The position numbers and the translations under genes were made by a program. DNA of 64,000 nt from contig OY970399.1 of assembly GCA_963720545.1 (NCBI GenBank), forward strand, positions 160,001 to 224,000. The letters run 5' to 3'. Positions 42,686 through 52,423 of the stretch are shown piece after piece. The stretch is from an uncultured Acidobacteriota bacterium (GTDB lineage: Bacteria > Acidobacteriota > Vicinamibacteria > Fen-336). The notes beneath the pieces were generated by a model. The model made no database searches. It worked only from the letters and a program-made list of their open reading frames with translations, and had not been told where the DNA came from. The first letter of the stretch is position 1. The number at the start of each line of letters is the position of its first letter.

Positions 42686-44053
42686 ATGGCCTCTCCAACG
42701 CGAATACTCATCATCGATGACGACGAGCACATCCGCAAGGCGTTGAGCCAGCACCTGAGCGGCGCCGGCTATCGTGTGGTCACTGGCGGCTCGGTGGGAG
42801 AGGGCCTCAAAGCCTTCAGCGAACAGCGGCCGTCCGGGGTCATCCTCGACCTGAAACTGCCCGACGGCACCGGCATCGACGTGCTGCGCGAGCTGCAGCG
42901 GCTCGATCCCGGCATCCCGGTGGTCGTGGTTTCCGGACATGGCAATGTCAATGACGCAGTCGAGGCCATGAAAGTCGGCGCCAGCGAGTTCATCGAGAAG
43001 CCCATCCAGAAGGAACGCCTCCTGGGGGTGCTCGAACGGGCGCTCAACCCGCCGGCTCCGGGCGAGCGCTCCGGCGACGACCTGCTGGAGGGCGCCCGCT
43101 ACGGCATGATTGGCCGCTCCGAGAGCATGCGGCGCGTCTACCAGCTGCTGGCGATGGCGGCCCCGACCAAGTGCCGGGTGTTCATCTCCGGCGAAAGCGG
43201 CACCGGCAAGGAGCTGATCGCAAAAGCGATCCACGCCCTGTCGCCGCGCCGCGACCACGCCTTCGTCGAGCTCAACTGCGCCGCGATGCCGGGCGAGCTC
43301 ATCGAGAGCGAGATGTTCGGCCACATGAAGGGCGCCTTCACCGGCGCGCACGCCGACCGCAAGGGCAAGTTCGAGTCGGCGCACGCTGGCACCCTGTTCC
43401 TCGACGAGATCGGGGACATGAGCCTGCTGACCCAGGCGAAGCTGCTGCGGGTGCTGCAGGAAGGGCAGGTGACGCCGGTCGGGAGCAGCGAAAACCGGCC
43501 CGTGGACGTGCGCATACTGGCTGCCACCAGCAAGAACCTGAACGAAGAGATCGGCCGCGGCACTTTCCGCGAAGACCTCTACCACCGCATCAACGTGGTG
43601 ACCATCGCCGTGCCGCCGCTGCGCGCGCGCCGCGAGGACATCCCGGACCTGGCCGAGCACTTCCTGCGCCTCGCGAGCGTCGAGAACGGCGTTCGTCCCA
43701 AGAAGCTCGCGCCGCGCGCGGTCGAGTACCTCGGCCAGCTGCCGTGGAAAGGCAACGTCCGCGAACTGCGCAACCTGATGGAACGGCTGGTGATCTTCGC
43801 GCCCGACGACGTCGTCTCGCACACCGACGTGATGGAGGCGCTCAACCTGCGTGAGGCCGTGCCCTCGCAGGACTCGGGGCCGGTGCCGCTGCGCGACGCG
43901 CGCGAGCGCTTCGAGCGCCAGTACATCCTCGATCGCCTCGCGGCCAACAAGGGCAACCTGATGATCACCGCCAAGGACCTCGGCATCGAGCGCACCAACC
44001 TGTACCGCAAGATGCGCCAGCTGCGCATTCCCTCGGGCAGCAGCAGGGACTGA
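42686..44053 (+). CDS. Sigma-54-dependent response regulator (NtrC/NtrX-like)
   Basis: Receiver IIDDD...[34 protein letters not shown]; Fis-type HTH. Confidence 0.93.
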   Translation: MASPTRILIIDDDEHIRKALSQHLSGAGYRVVTGGSVGEGLKAFSEQRPSGVILDLKLPDGTGIDVLRELQRLDPGIPVVVVSGHGNVNDAVEAMKVGASEFIEKPIQKERLLGVLERALNPPAPGERSGDDLLEGARYGMIGRSESMRRVYQLLAMAAPTKCRVFISGESGTGKELIAKAIHALSPRRDHAFVELNCAAMPGELIESEMFGHMKGAFTGAHADRKGKFESAHAGTLFLDEIGDMSLLTQAKLLRVLQEGQVTPVGSSENRPVDVRILAATSKNLNEEIGRGTFREDLYHRINVVTIAVPPLRARREDIPDLAEHFLRLASVENGVRPKKLAPRAVEYLGQLPWKGNVRELRNLMERLVIFAPDDVVSHTDVMEALNLREAVPSQDSGPVPLRDARERFERQYILDRLAANKGNLMITAKDLGIERTNLYRKMRQLRIPSGSSRD

Positions 44054-44095
44054 CCCGGCTACCGCCGCGCGCCGTCCTTCGGAGACAATCTCCGC

Positions 44096-44116
44096 TGCGG
44101 CGCAAGTTGCGCCGCA
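44096..44116. promoter_or_regulatory. Perfect 10-bp inverted repeat upstream of gmd (possible operator)
   Basis: TGCGGCGCAA-G-TTGCGCCGCA. Confidence 0.45.
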
Positions 44117-44132
44117 ATCCCGAGGGTCCTCC

Positions 44133-45092
44133 TTGAAGAAAGCGCTCATCACCGGCATCACCGGCCAGGACGGCAGCTACCTGGCCGAGAACCTGCTCGC
44201 CAAGGGCTATGAGGTGCACGGCCTGGTGCGCCGCAGCTCGTCGTTCAACACCTGGCGCATCGATCCCATCCGCGACCAGCTGCAGCTCCATTATGGCGAC
44301 CTGGTGGACGAGAACAGCCTGACGCGCATCATGGCGGCTGTCGGCCCTGACGAGATCTACAACCTCGCGGCCCAGAGCCACGTCAAGGTGTCGTTCGAGA
44401 TGCCCGAGTACACAGCCGACGCCACCGGTTTCGGCGTGCTGCGGGTGCTCGACAGCGTCCGCAACCTCGGCCTCAAGGCGCGCGTCTACCAGGCCGGCTC
44501 CTCGGAGATGTTCGGCCTCGTCCAGCAGAACCCGCAGACCGAAGCCACGCCTTTCCACCCGCGTTCGCCGTACGGGGTCGCCAAGGTGTTCGGCCACTGG
44601 ATCTGCGTCAACTACCGCGAGAGCTACGGGATGCACGTCTCGAACGGCATCCTCTTCAACCACGAGTCGCCGCGCCGCGGCGAGAACTTCGTCACCCGCA
44701 AGATCACGCTGGGGATCGCCGCCATCGTCCAGGGCCGAACGCAGGAGCTGCGCCTCGGCAACCTGGAGGCGAAACGCGACTGGGGCTTTGCCGGCGACTA
44801 CGTCGAGGCGATGTGGCGCATGCTGCAGCAGGACCAGCCGGGGGACTACGTGATCGCGACCGGCGCCACCCACTCGGTGCAGGAGTTCGTCGCGGCGGCC
44901 TTCGACTGCGCCGGCCTCGACTGGAAGAAGCATGTGGTGATCGATCCGCGCTTCTTCCGGCCCGCCGAAGTCGACCTGCTGCTGGGCGACGCCTCGCACG
45001 CCCGCAAGGTGCTCGGCTGGGAGCCCACGGTCACGTTCGCGGCGCTGGTGAAGCTGATGGTCGAGGCCGACCTCAAGGGCCAGCGCCGCTAG
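44133..45092 (+). CDS. gmd: GDP-mannose 4,6-dehydratase
   Basis: [34 protein letters not shown] and RDWG motifs. Confidence 0.96.
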   Translation: MKKALITGITGQDGSYLAENLLAKGYEVHGLVRRSSSFNTWRIDPIRDQLQLHYGDLVDENSLTRIMAAVGPDEIYNLAAQSHVKVSFEMPEYTADATGFGVLRVLDSVRNLGLKARVYQAGSSEMFGLVQQNPQTEATPFHPRSPYGVAKVFGHWICVNYRESYGMHVSNGILFNHESPRRGENFVTRKITLGIAAIVQGRTQELRLGNLEAKRDWGFAGDYVEAMWRMLQQDQPGDYVIATGATHSVQEFVAAAFDCAGLDWKKHVVIDPRFFRPAEVDLLLGDASHARKVLGWEPTVTFAALVKLMVEADLKGQRR

Positions 45093-45109
45093 GGGCGCGG
45101 CGGCCGTCT

Positions 45110-46240
45110 TCAGGCGGCCGAAGCGGCGATCAGCTCGTCGAGCTCCTGCTTCAGCCGCGGCAGGATCTCGTCGTAGGTGAACGCGCCTACGGTGACCGAC
45201 TGCTTCTTCAGGTTCACGTGGGTGGGGCCGCACCACAGGCCGAGGTCGGCGTCGTCCGTCTCGCCAGGGCCGTTGACGCGGCAGCCCATCACCGCGATCG
45301 TCACGGCGTGCGCCTCGGCGTAGCGCGACATCTCCTTCACCGCCTCGGCGAGGTCCACGAATTTCTCGTTCTCGACTCGCGAACACGACGGGCAGGAGAT
45401 GATGTTGAGCTTGTGGTCGTCGAACACGGGCACCGAGCGGAAGCGGCCGGCGGCGATGTCGGCGACGATCTGCCGGCCCACAGCGATCTCCTCGTGCTTG
45501 CGCGGGTTGGGGAGCGTCAGGCTCACGCGCAGGGTCTCGCCGATGCCGCGGCTCAACAGTTGTTCGAAAGCGACCCGCGTCTTGATGATGCCCTCGGGCG
45601 GGATGCCGGCCTCGGTGACGCCGAGGTGCAGCGGCACGTCGGGCCGAGCCGCCGCGAAACGGCGGTTGGCCTCGATGACCTTGCGCGGATGCGAATCCTT
45701 GAGGCTCACGACGTAGCGGGTGAACTGCAGGGCGTCGAGCATGTCGCAGTGCTCGAGCGCCGAGGCCACCATCGCCGCGACGTCGTCGCCGGGGAAGCGC
45801 GCCTTGATCTGCGGATCGACGCTGCCGCAGTTGACCCCGACGCGCAGCGCGCAGTCGTGGTCGCGCGCGATGCTGGCCAGGAACGCCACCTTCTCGGCCA
45901 CGGGCTTCTGCTTTTCGTGGTGGTAGAGGTGGCCGGGGTTGTAGCGAATCTTGTCCACGTGCGGCGCCACCTGCGCGGCGAGCCGGTAGTTCTCCTGCAG
46001 GTCCACGACCAGGTTGGCGCTCGTCTGGGCGCGGATCCGCGCCAGCGCAGCCACGTCTTTCGGGTTGTCCACGGCGACTCGGACCACGTCGCCGCCGGCC
46101 AGGCGGATTTCCTCGGCCTGGGTCACGGTGGCGTCGATGTCCTGGGTGCGCGTGGCGCACATGCTCTGGACCGCAACGGGGTTCGAGCCGCCGACGGCGA
46201 TCGTCCCGATCCGCACTTCGCGGGTGGTTTGCCGGTGCAT
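45110..46240 (-). CDS. ispG: (E)-4-hydroxy-3-methylbut-2-enyl-diphosphate synthase
   Basis: [33 protein letters not shown] and [10 protein letters not shown] motifs. Confidence 0.95.
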   Translation of the reverse strand: MHRQTTREVRIGTIAVGGSNPVAVQSMCATRTQDIDATVTQAEEIRLAGGDVVRVAVDNPKDVAALARIRAQTSANLVVDLQENYRLAAQVAPHVDKIRYNPGHLYHHEKQKPVAEKVAFLASIARDHDCALRVGVNCGSVDPQIKARFPGDDVAAMVASALEHCDMLDALQFTRYVVSLKDSHPRKVIEANRRFAAARPDVPLHLGVTEAGIPPEGIIKTRVAFEQLLSRGIGETLRVSLTLPNPRKHEEIAVGRQIVADIAAGRFRSVPVFDDHKLNIISCPSCSRVENEKFVDLAEAVKEMSRYAEAHAVTIAVMGCRVNGPGETDDADLGLWCGPTHVNLKKQSVTVGAFTYDEILPRLKQELDELIAASAA

Positions 46241-46253
46241 CCTGGCCCCGATT

Positions 46254-47942
46254 TTACTCCGCCAGGCGGTTCAGGGCCTTTTCGCCCGCGCGCATCGAAT
46301 ACACGAGCACCGAGAGGTCGAGAACCACGACCGCGGCCAGGCAGGAAAAGATCAGCACGCGGTCGCCTGCCGCCAGGGCGATACCGCGGTGCAGGTGCCA
46401 CAGGTAGACGGTCGACGGCCATGCCAGGAGGCCGATCTGCACGATCGTCAGCAGCACCGCCTGCACCATGAAGACGACGGCACCGTAGGAAGTCGCGACC
46501 TGCGCGGTGCTCTCGGCGTTGAAGCGCGGGTAGCGAGCGCCGAGCCCGAGGGCCAGCGCGACGAGCGCCAGCGTCAGGAAGAAGAGGGAAAACACGGCAA
46601 GGAGCTGCAGGAACGCTGCGACGCCGAGGAAGCGGTTGGACACGATCGTCAGCGTCTCGATGAGCACCAGGATCGGCACGACGGCAACCCAGAACTTGGT
46701 CCAGAGCACGGCGTGCATCGGCAGCGGCGACTTGCGCACCGTCCAGAAGGCGGCGCCTTCGGCCGACAGCGACGGAAACACGAAGCGCGCGGCGACCGCC
46801 GCCAGCACCAGCGAGGCGAGCGCCATGTTGAGGAAGGCGTAGGCGTTCTTCAGCACGCCCGCCATCCACGGCACGCGTGCCAGGTCGAGCGCCTTGAAGT
46901 TGAAGACGTAAACGACGACGAGCGCCAGGATCAGCAGCAGCTGCGACCACTGTGCGGTGTCGCGGAAGAAGACCTTCGCGTCCTTGGTGGCGACTGCGTG
47001 GCCGGCGACGCTGAGCGGCAGGCGCGCCATTACCGCTTCGATGAGCCCGAGCTTCTGGAAATGCGCCTTGCGCGCCTCCTGCGCCTTGCTCCAGCCGGCG
47101 AAATAGCAGCGGCCGTAGGCGATGCGCGCCGCGACCGACAGGCCGAGGGCCGACGTCCACAGCGCGCCGAGGTGGAAGAAGTCGAAGCGTCCCTGGAAGC
47201 CGGCGAACACCGCTTCGCTGGCCCAATAGGACGGTAGCAGCGGCGTGACCGGCGTCTGCAGGCCGCTGAAAAACGCCGTGATGTCGGGCAGCGCCTCGAC
47301 GGTGAGGAGCTGTTCGGGCCGCAGCATCCGCAGCAACACCACCACCACGATGACGAACACGAAGCCGGTGAGCACCAGCAGGTCGCGCACGCGCCGCGCC
47401 GGAAACACGTTGACGAGCAGCAAGGCGATGAGGGCGCCGGCCGCCGACGGGATGAGGACGAAGGACGGCACGGCGAGCAGCACCGACGCGTAATACCGCC
47501 AGCTGCCGCAGGCCGCGGCGCCGATCCCGAGGAGCGACGGGATCACGAATGCAACGACCATCCAGGATGCCTGCGTCGCTGCCTTGCACAAGCGCGCGTA
47601 GAAGAAACGCGCCGGCTGCAGAGGTGCCGCCAGCAGGTAGCGCAGGTCTTCGGCGAGGAAGAAGGACGCGAGGCTCGTGACGATGGCGCTGAACACGATG
47701 AAGGACAGGAACGTGAGGAACAGCCACGACAGCCCCATACGCACGAGGTGCGAGCCCAGCTCCTCGTAGCCAAGCGCCTGCCAGGTGAGCCAGAAGAACG
47801 CCGCGAACAAGACTCCGGTGACGAGAAGCGCCAGTGCCGCGAACACGAGACTGCGGGCGGCATCGCCGGGCTGGCGGCGCCGGGCGCGGTTGCGGGCCGA
47901 CCAGAAAGAGGGGAGCAGCAGGTACGGAAAAGCCGCCGCCAT
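46254..47942 (-). CDS. Putative ABC exporter permease (about 14 TM)
   Basis: ATG at 47942 overlaps the ATPase [22 protein letters not shown]...QW and FPSLSAEG motifs. Confidence 0.8.
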   Translation of the reverse strand: MAAAFPYLLLPSFWSARNRARRRQPGDAARSLVFAALALLVTGVLFAAFFWLTWQALGYEELGSHLVRMGLSWLFLTFLSFIVFSAIVTSLASFFLAEDLRYLLAAPLQPARFFYARLCKAATQASWMVVAFVIPSLLGIGAAACGSWRYYASVLLAVPSFVLIPSAAGALIALLLVNVFPARRVRDLLVLTGFVFVIVVVVLLRMLRPEQLLTVEALPDITAFFSGLQTPVTPLLPSYWASEAVFAGFQGRFDFFHLGALWTSALGLSVAARIAYGRCYFAGWSKAQEARKAHFQKLGLIEAVMARLPLSVAGHAVATKDAKVFFRDTAQWSQLLLILALVVVYVFNFKALDLARVPWMAGVLKNAYAFLNMALASLVLAAVAARFVFPSLSAEGAAFWTVRKSPLPMHAVLWTKFWVAVVPILVLIETLTIVSNRFLGVAAFLQLLAVFSLFFLTLALVALALGLGARYPRFNAESTAQVATSYGAVVFMVQAVLLTIVQIGLLAWPSTVYLWHLHRGIALAAGDRVLIFSCLAAVVVLDLSVLVYSMRAGEKALNRLAE

Positions 47943-48715
47943 TAGTCGGCTATCTCCTGGAAGCCAGCTCCACCGGTCAGGCGCAGGAAGATCGAGGTCA
48001 GCTTCTCGGTTTCGCCGCTGCCGTTGCCGCCAGCCCCGGCAGCGGCGCGAATTTCGGCCACCGTGCCGCGGGCGATGATCCGGCCGCCCTGGATGATGGC
48101 AATTCGGTCGCACATCTCCTCGGCAACCTCGAGCGTGTGGGTGCTCATCAGGATCGCGACGCCGTCGGCCGCCATCTGGCGCAGCACGTCCTTGATGAGG
48201 CGCGCGCCGCGCGGGTCGAGCCCGACCATCGGCTCGTCGATCAGCACCGCGCGCGGCCGGTGGAGGAACGCGGCGCACATCACGAGCCGCTGCTTCATGC
48301 CGTGAGAGAAGCTCTCGATCAGCTCGTCGCGCCACCGGGTCAACTCGAACAGCGCCGTCAGCTCGCGCGAGCGTGCCTCGAGCGCATCGCCCGCGAGGCC
48401 GTGCAGCCCGGCGTGGAAGGTCAGGAACTCGGCGGCGGTCAGCTTCTCGTAGACGTAGGGCCGGTCGGGGATGAAGCCGAGCGCCGCCTTCGCGAGTTCG
48501 GGTGCGCGCGCCATGTCGTGGCCGGCGACGCTCACCGTGCCGGCCGTCGGCTGCAGCAGGCCGGCGATGATGCGGATGAGCGTCGTCTTGCCGGCGCCGT
48601 TCGGCCCGAGGAAACCGTGGATCTCGCCGCCCTGCACGTCCAGGCTGACGCCGTCGACAGCCGTGAACGCGCCGTAGCGCTTGCTGACGGCGTCCACCTG
48701 AATCGTGCCGGCCAC
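47942..48715 (-). CDS. ABC ATP-binding protein (export type)
   Basis: GPNGAGKTT, FSHGMKQR, IDEPMVGLDP and STH motifs. Confidence 0.92.
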   Translation of the reverse strand: MAGTIQVDAVSKRYGAFTAVDGVSLDVQGGEIHGFLGPNGAGKTTLIRIIAGLLQPTAGTVSVAGHDMARAPELAKAALGFIPDRPYVYEKLTAAEFLTFHAGLHGLAGDALEARSRELTALFELTRWRDELIESFSHGMKQRLVMCAAFLHRPRAVLIDEPMVGLDPRGARLIKDVLRQMAADGVAILMSTHTLEVAEEMCDRIAIIQGGRIIARGTVAEIRAAAGAGGNGSGETEKLTSIFLRLTGGAGFQEIAD

Positions 48716-50377
48716 CTATTGCGCCCAGCAGGCCGCGCGGTCGCGGCCCGGGAGAGCGAAGTCTAGGAGCGCCGGCGCGGCCGCCTCCTGCAAGTCCCTG
48801 CCGACGAGGATGGGCTGGGCACCGGGCTGCAACTGCACATCGAGAATGCCGATGCGCAGCTTGCCGAGCGCCGGCAGCAGCGCCGCCTGCTGCTCGAGGC
48901 CGCCGCGCACCAGGCGCAGGTGTGTGGCGTCGGCGGGATACTGGTCGAGGGTCGGGTCCACCGGGACGAAACGCCCGCGGCCCGCAGCGCCGCCGTCACG
49001 GACGAAGACCTCGGGCCACGCGTGATAGTAGAAGGCGCCGTGGACGTAGACGACGCCGATCGCCACGCGCGCCGCGAGGTCGCTGGCGCGTGCCAGCGCC
49101 ACGAACAGGGCGGTGTGCTCGTTGCAGTCGCCGACCCGGGTGCGCATCACCTCGAGCGCCGAGGGAATGCCGACCGTCGGCCGCTTCTGCAGGAACGAGG
49201 CGACGAACCGCACCAGCCGCTGGGTCTTGTCGGCATCGGTGGTTGCGTTGCCGATCGCCTTTGCGGCTGCCGCGACGATCTCGGGCGCGTCGCTTTCGAT
49301 GAGGGGTTCGGGCCCACGATCCGCGGCCGTGGGCGAGGCTTCGGTTTCGCCCGAAGGGGCAGCGCGCAGCGTGCCATCGGGAGCCGTGGCCCGGCGAATG
49401 ACCACTTCGCCGTCGCGCACGGCCTGGCCCGCGCCGCGTAGCGCCGGCGAGTCGAGGTCGAAGCCCGATACGCGCAGGCGCAGCGCGTCGATGGTGCGCG
49501 CGTCGTCGATGCGCCGCGCCGGCTGCGGCACCACGGCCGCCGTTTCCAGCAGTTCACCGTTGCCGCGGCCCGGCAGGCCGGGCGCCAGCGCGCGCTCGCG
49601 CGTTTCCTTCACCACGAGCAGTCCGGTCGGGCTCTCCTCGCGCACCGTCTCGCCGAGTTCGGTGACCCAGGAGGTGGATTCGATGCCGGAAAAGCGGCTC
49701 GCCAGGCGAAACACGGGAATCGGGCGCCCCGCGGCGGTCACCACGTCGCGCGTCTCGACCGTGACGTCCATCTTCTGGTTGCGCAAGGTCGCCGGATCGA
49801 AGACCTCGAACGCGTAGGTCTTGCCGACGACCAGCGTCGCGGCAGCGAGCTGGCGCGCGAGGTTCAGCGACAGTGCAGGAGGCGCCGCCAGCTCCTTCGT
49901 GAGCGTGCGGCTGCCCGCCGCCGACGTGAGCGATAGCGACAAGGTGTGGCCCGAGACGGTGCCGGCAACCTCCATCGGTCCGGTGCCGGGATCGAGCGAG
50001 AAGCGGAAGCTCTTCAGGTTGAAGCGCGCGTCGACGAGCGCGCGCGTCCGCAGCCGGGCGCCGGCCTGCGTGCCGAGCAGGTTCATCGTCAGCTGGCCGT
50101 CCTCCTGCAGCTCGAGGCCGCCGTCCTTCGGCACCGACTGCGTCACCATGAAGCCGATCTTGTCGCCCTTGAAGTAGACCGACTTCCATTGCGCGCCACC
50201 GCCATACGCGGCGAGTTCACTCGACAGGGAGGCGCTGCTGTCGTGGAAGAAGGTGCGGGCCACCAGCACGCCCATCTGCACCACCCATGCGCAGAGGATT
50301 GCCGCGGTGGCGAAGCGCGCGGCCGGCCGCGGCACCGAGAGCGCCGCGGCGATCCGCCCGGCGAGCGAGGGGGACAT
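48716..50377 (-). CDS. Membrane-anchored transglutaminase-like domain protein
   Basis: N-terminal TM anchor and beta-rich domain; GDCNEH, YHAWPEV and VDPT form an intact Cys-His-Asp triad. Confidence 0.88.
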   Translation of the reverse strand: MSPSLAGRIAAALSVPRPAARFATAAILCAWVVQMGVLVARTFFHDSSASLSSELAAYGGGAQWKSVYFKGDKIGFMVTQSVPKDGGLELQEDGQLTMNLLGTQAGARLRTRALVDARFNLKSFRFSLDPGTGPMEVAGTVSGHTLSLSLTSAAGSRTLTKELAAPPALSLNLARQLAAATLVVGKTYAFEVFDPATLRNQKMDVTVETRDVVTAAGRPIPVFRLASRFSGIESTSWVTELGETVREESPTGLLVVKETRERALAPGLPGRGNGELLETAAVVPQPARRIDDARTIDALRLRVSGFDLDSPALRGAGQAVRDGEVVIRRATAPDGTLRAAPSGETEASPTAADRGPEPLIESDAPEIVAAAAKAIGNATTDADKTQRLVRFVASFLQKRPTVGIPSALEVMRTRVGDCNEHTALFVALARASDLAARVAIGVVYVHGAFYYHAWPEVFVRDGGAAGRGRFVPVDPTLDQYPADATHLRLVRGGLEQQAALLPALGKLRIGILDVQLQPGAQPILVGRDLQEAAAPALLDFALPGRDRAACWAQ

Positions 50378-50422
50378 GTGGTCCCCGGGATTATAGGGGC
50401 CAACCGTTAGACTGCCCGGAAC

Positions 50423-51667
50423 GTGACCGGGACGCTCACACTCTCGCCGCTGTGGTCCTTGCCCTTCCTCCTGATGCTTGGCGCCATCGCGGTGCTGCCG
50501 TTGCTGGCGCCGCGCTTCTGGGAAAAGAACACGCGCAAGGCGCTGGTCGCGGCGGTGCTGGCGCTGCCGGTGCTGCTCCTCTATTGGCGCCTTGACGCCG
50601 GGGCGCTGCTGCACTCGGCCCGCGATTACGTCTCGTTCATCGTCCTGCTGGGCGGGCTCTACGTCGTGGCCGGCTCGCTGCGCCTGCGCGGCGACCTGCG
50701 CGCGACGCCCTTCGTCAACAGCGCGTTCCTGGCGGCGGGCGCCGTGCTGGCCTCGTTCGTCGGCACCACCGGTGCCGCGATGCTGCTGATCCGTCCGCTG
50801 CTCGAAACGAACGCGGAACGCCGGCGCGTCGCGCATACCGTGGTGTTCTTCATCCTGCTGGTCGCGAACGCGGGCGGCTGCCTGACGCCGCTCGGCGATC
50901 CACCGCTCTTCCTCGGCTATCTCGCCGGCGTGCCGTTCGCGTGGACGTTCCGCCTGTGGCCCGCGTGGCTCCTGGCGTGCGCGTTCCTGCTCGCTGTGCA
51001 TCACGGCTGGGACCGGCGGGCCTACAGTCGCGAGGCTCCGGAAGACCGCGCCCGCGACAACCGCGCGCGCCGTCCGCTGCGCCTCGAGGGCGGTCTCTCG
51101 TTGTTGTGGCTGGCCGGAATCGTGCTGTCGGTCGCCTTCCTTCATGCACCGTGGCGCGAAGCCATGATCGCGGCGCTTGCGGCTGCGGCCTGGATTGCCA
51201 CCCCCGCGGAGCGGCGCGCGGCCAATCGCTTCACGTTCCAGCCGCTCGTCGAAGTCTCAGCACTTTTCGCCGGCATCTTCATCACCATGCTGCCGGCGCT
51301 CGACTGGCTGCGCGCATCGGCTCCGTCTCTGGGCCTCACGACGCCGCGCGGCTTCTTCTGGGGCACCGGGATCGTGTCGTCGGTCCTCGACAACGCGCCC
51401 ACCTACCTCGCGTTCCTGGCCGCGGGCCAGGGGCTGCACCTGCCGAACGAGGTGGCGGGCGTGAGTCACTCGGTGCTCGCGGGGATCAGCCTCGGCGCCG
51501 TCTTCATGGGAGCCAACACCTACATCGGCAACGGGCCCAACCTGATGGTGAAGGCGATCGCCGAGGAGCGAGGCATCGCGATGCCCGGCTTCTTCGCGTA
51601 CGTGGCGATCGCCGTGCCGGTGATGCTGCCGGTCTATCTGGCCACGGCTTTCTGGCTCCTGCCATGA
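50423..51667 (+). CDS. Ion transporter superfamily Na+/H+ antiporter-like protein
   Basis: GTTGAAML, ANAGGCLTPLGDPPL, LDNAPTY and TYIGNGPN motifs. Confidence 0.85.
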   Translation: MTGTLTLSPLWSLPFLLMLGAIAVLPLLAPRFWEKNTRKALVAAVLALPVLLLYWRLDAGALLHSARDYVSFIVLLGGLYVVAGSLRLRGDLRATPFVNSAFLAAGAVLASFVGTTGAAMLLIRPLLETNAERRRVAHTVVFFILLVANAGGCLTPLGDPPLFLGYLAGVPFAWTFRLWPAWLLACAFLLAVHHGWDRRAYSREAPEDRARDNRARRPLRLEGGLSLLWLAGIVLSVAFLHAPWREAMIAALAAAAWIATPAERRAANRFTFQPLVEVSALFAGIFITMLPALDWLRASAPSLGLTTPRGFFWGTGIVSSVLDNAPTYLAFLAAGQGLHLPNEVAGVSHSVLAGISLGAVFMGANTYIGNGPNLMVKAIAEERGIAMPGFFAYVAIAVPVMLPVYLATAFWLLP

Positions 51668-52410
51668 GCGCAGGCTCGGTTTCGTTCGTCCTGGTGCGGC
51701 CGGCACGCGCGCAGAACATCGCGAGCGCCGCCCGCGCTCTCGCCAACATGGGTTTCTCGCAGCTCACGCTGGTGCACCCGCCCGACGATCTCGACGCAGA
51801 GGGAAGCCGCGGCGCCGCATACGGCGCCTGGGACGTCCTCGAGCGCGCGCGCCGCGTCGATTCACTCGCGGCAGCGGTGGGCGGCGCCACCTGGGTGGTC
51901 GCGACGTCCGGAAAGATGTCGACCGACGCGGTGCTGACACCGCGCGAGCTGGGCGCGGCAGCGGCGCCGCGGCTTGGCGGTGGCACCGAGCGGCTGGCCG
52001 TCGTCTTCGGTCCGGAGCGCACCGGTTTGCGCAACGACGAGCTGGCGTTGTGCCATGACGCCGTGCGCATTCCCGCGAATGCCGTGCAGCCGTCGCTGAA
52101 CCTCGCCCAGGCCGTGCTGGTCGTGGCCTACGAGCTGTCGCAGGCGCTTGCCGCCCCTGCGGCCGCAGCGGCAGTCACGGATCGTCCGACGACGGCGGAC
52201 ATGGAAGCCGTGCTCTCACAATGGCGCGCGGCGCTCGAACGAGTGGGCTACCTGCGAGAGGACTCCCCGGGCCGGCTGCTTGCCGAGCTGCGCCGCCTGC
52301 TGGCGCGCAGCGCTGCCACGCCGCGAGAGCTGAACCTGCTGCGGGGGATCGCGCGCCAGATCACATGGGCGGCAGAGAACACTTCAAATCCGCGCGGGCG
52401 GCAGCGATAA
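51664..52410 (+). CDS. trmJ: TrmJ/LasT SPOUT tRNA methyltransferase
   Basis: NIASAARALANMG, VFGPERTGL and SLNLAQAV motifs. Confidence 0.88.
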   Translation: MSAGSVSFVLVRPARAQNIASAARALANMGFSQLTLVHPPDDLDAEGSRGAAYGAWDVLERARRVDSLAAAVGGATWVVATSGKMSTDAVLTPRELGAAAAPRLGGGTERLAVVFGPERTGLRNDELALCHDAVRIPANAVQPSLNLAQAVLVVAYELSQALAAPAAAAAVTDRPTTADMEAVLSQWRAALERVGYLREDSPGRLLAELRRLLARSAATPRELNLLRGIARQITWAAENTSNPRGRQR

Positions 52411-52423
52411 TCGGGCCACCACC

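Noticed and set aside
48716..51145. 809-aa ORF as a long transglutaminase fusion
   Set aside because: The portion above 50377 is antisense to the antiporter; the promoter and TM anchor support a start at 50377.
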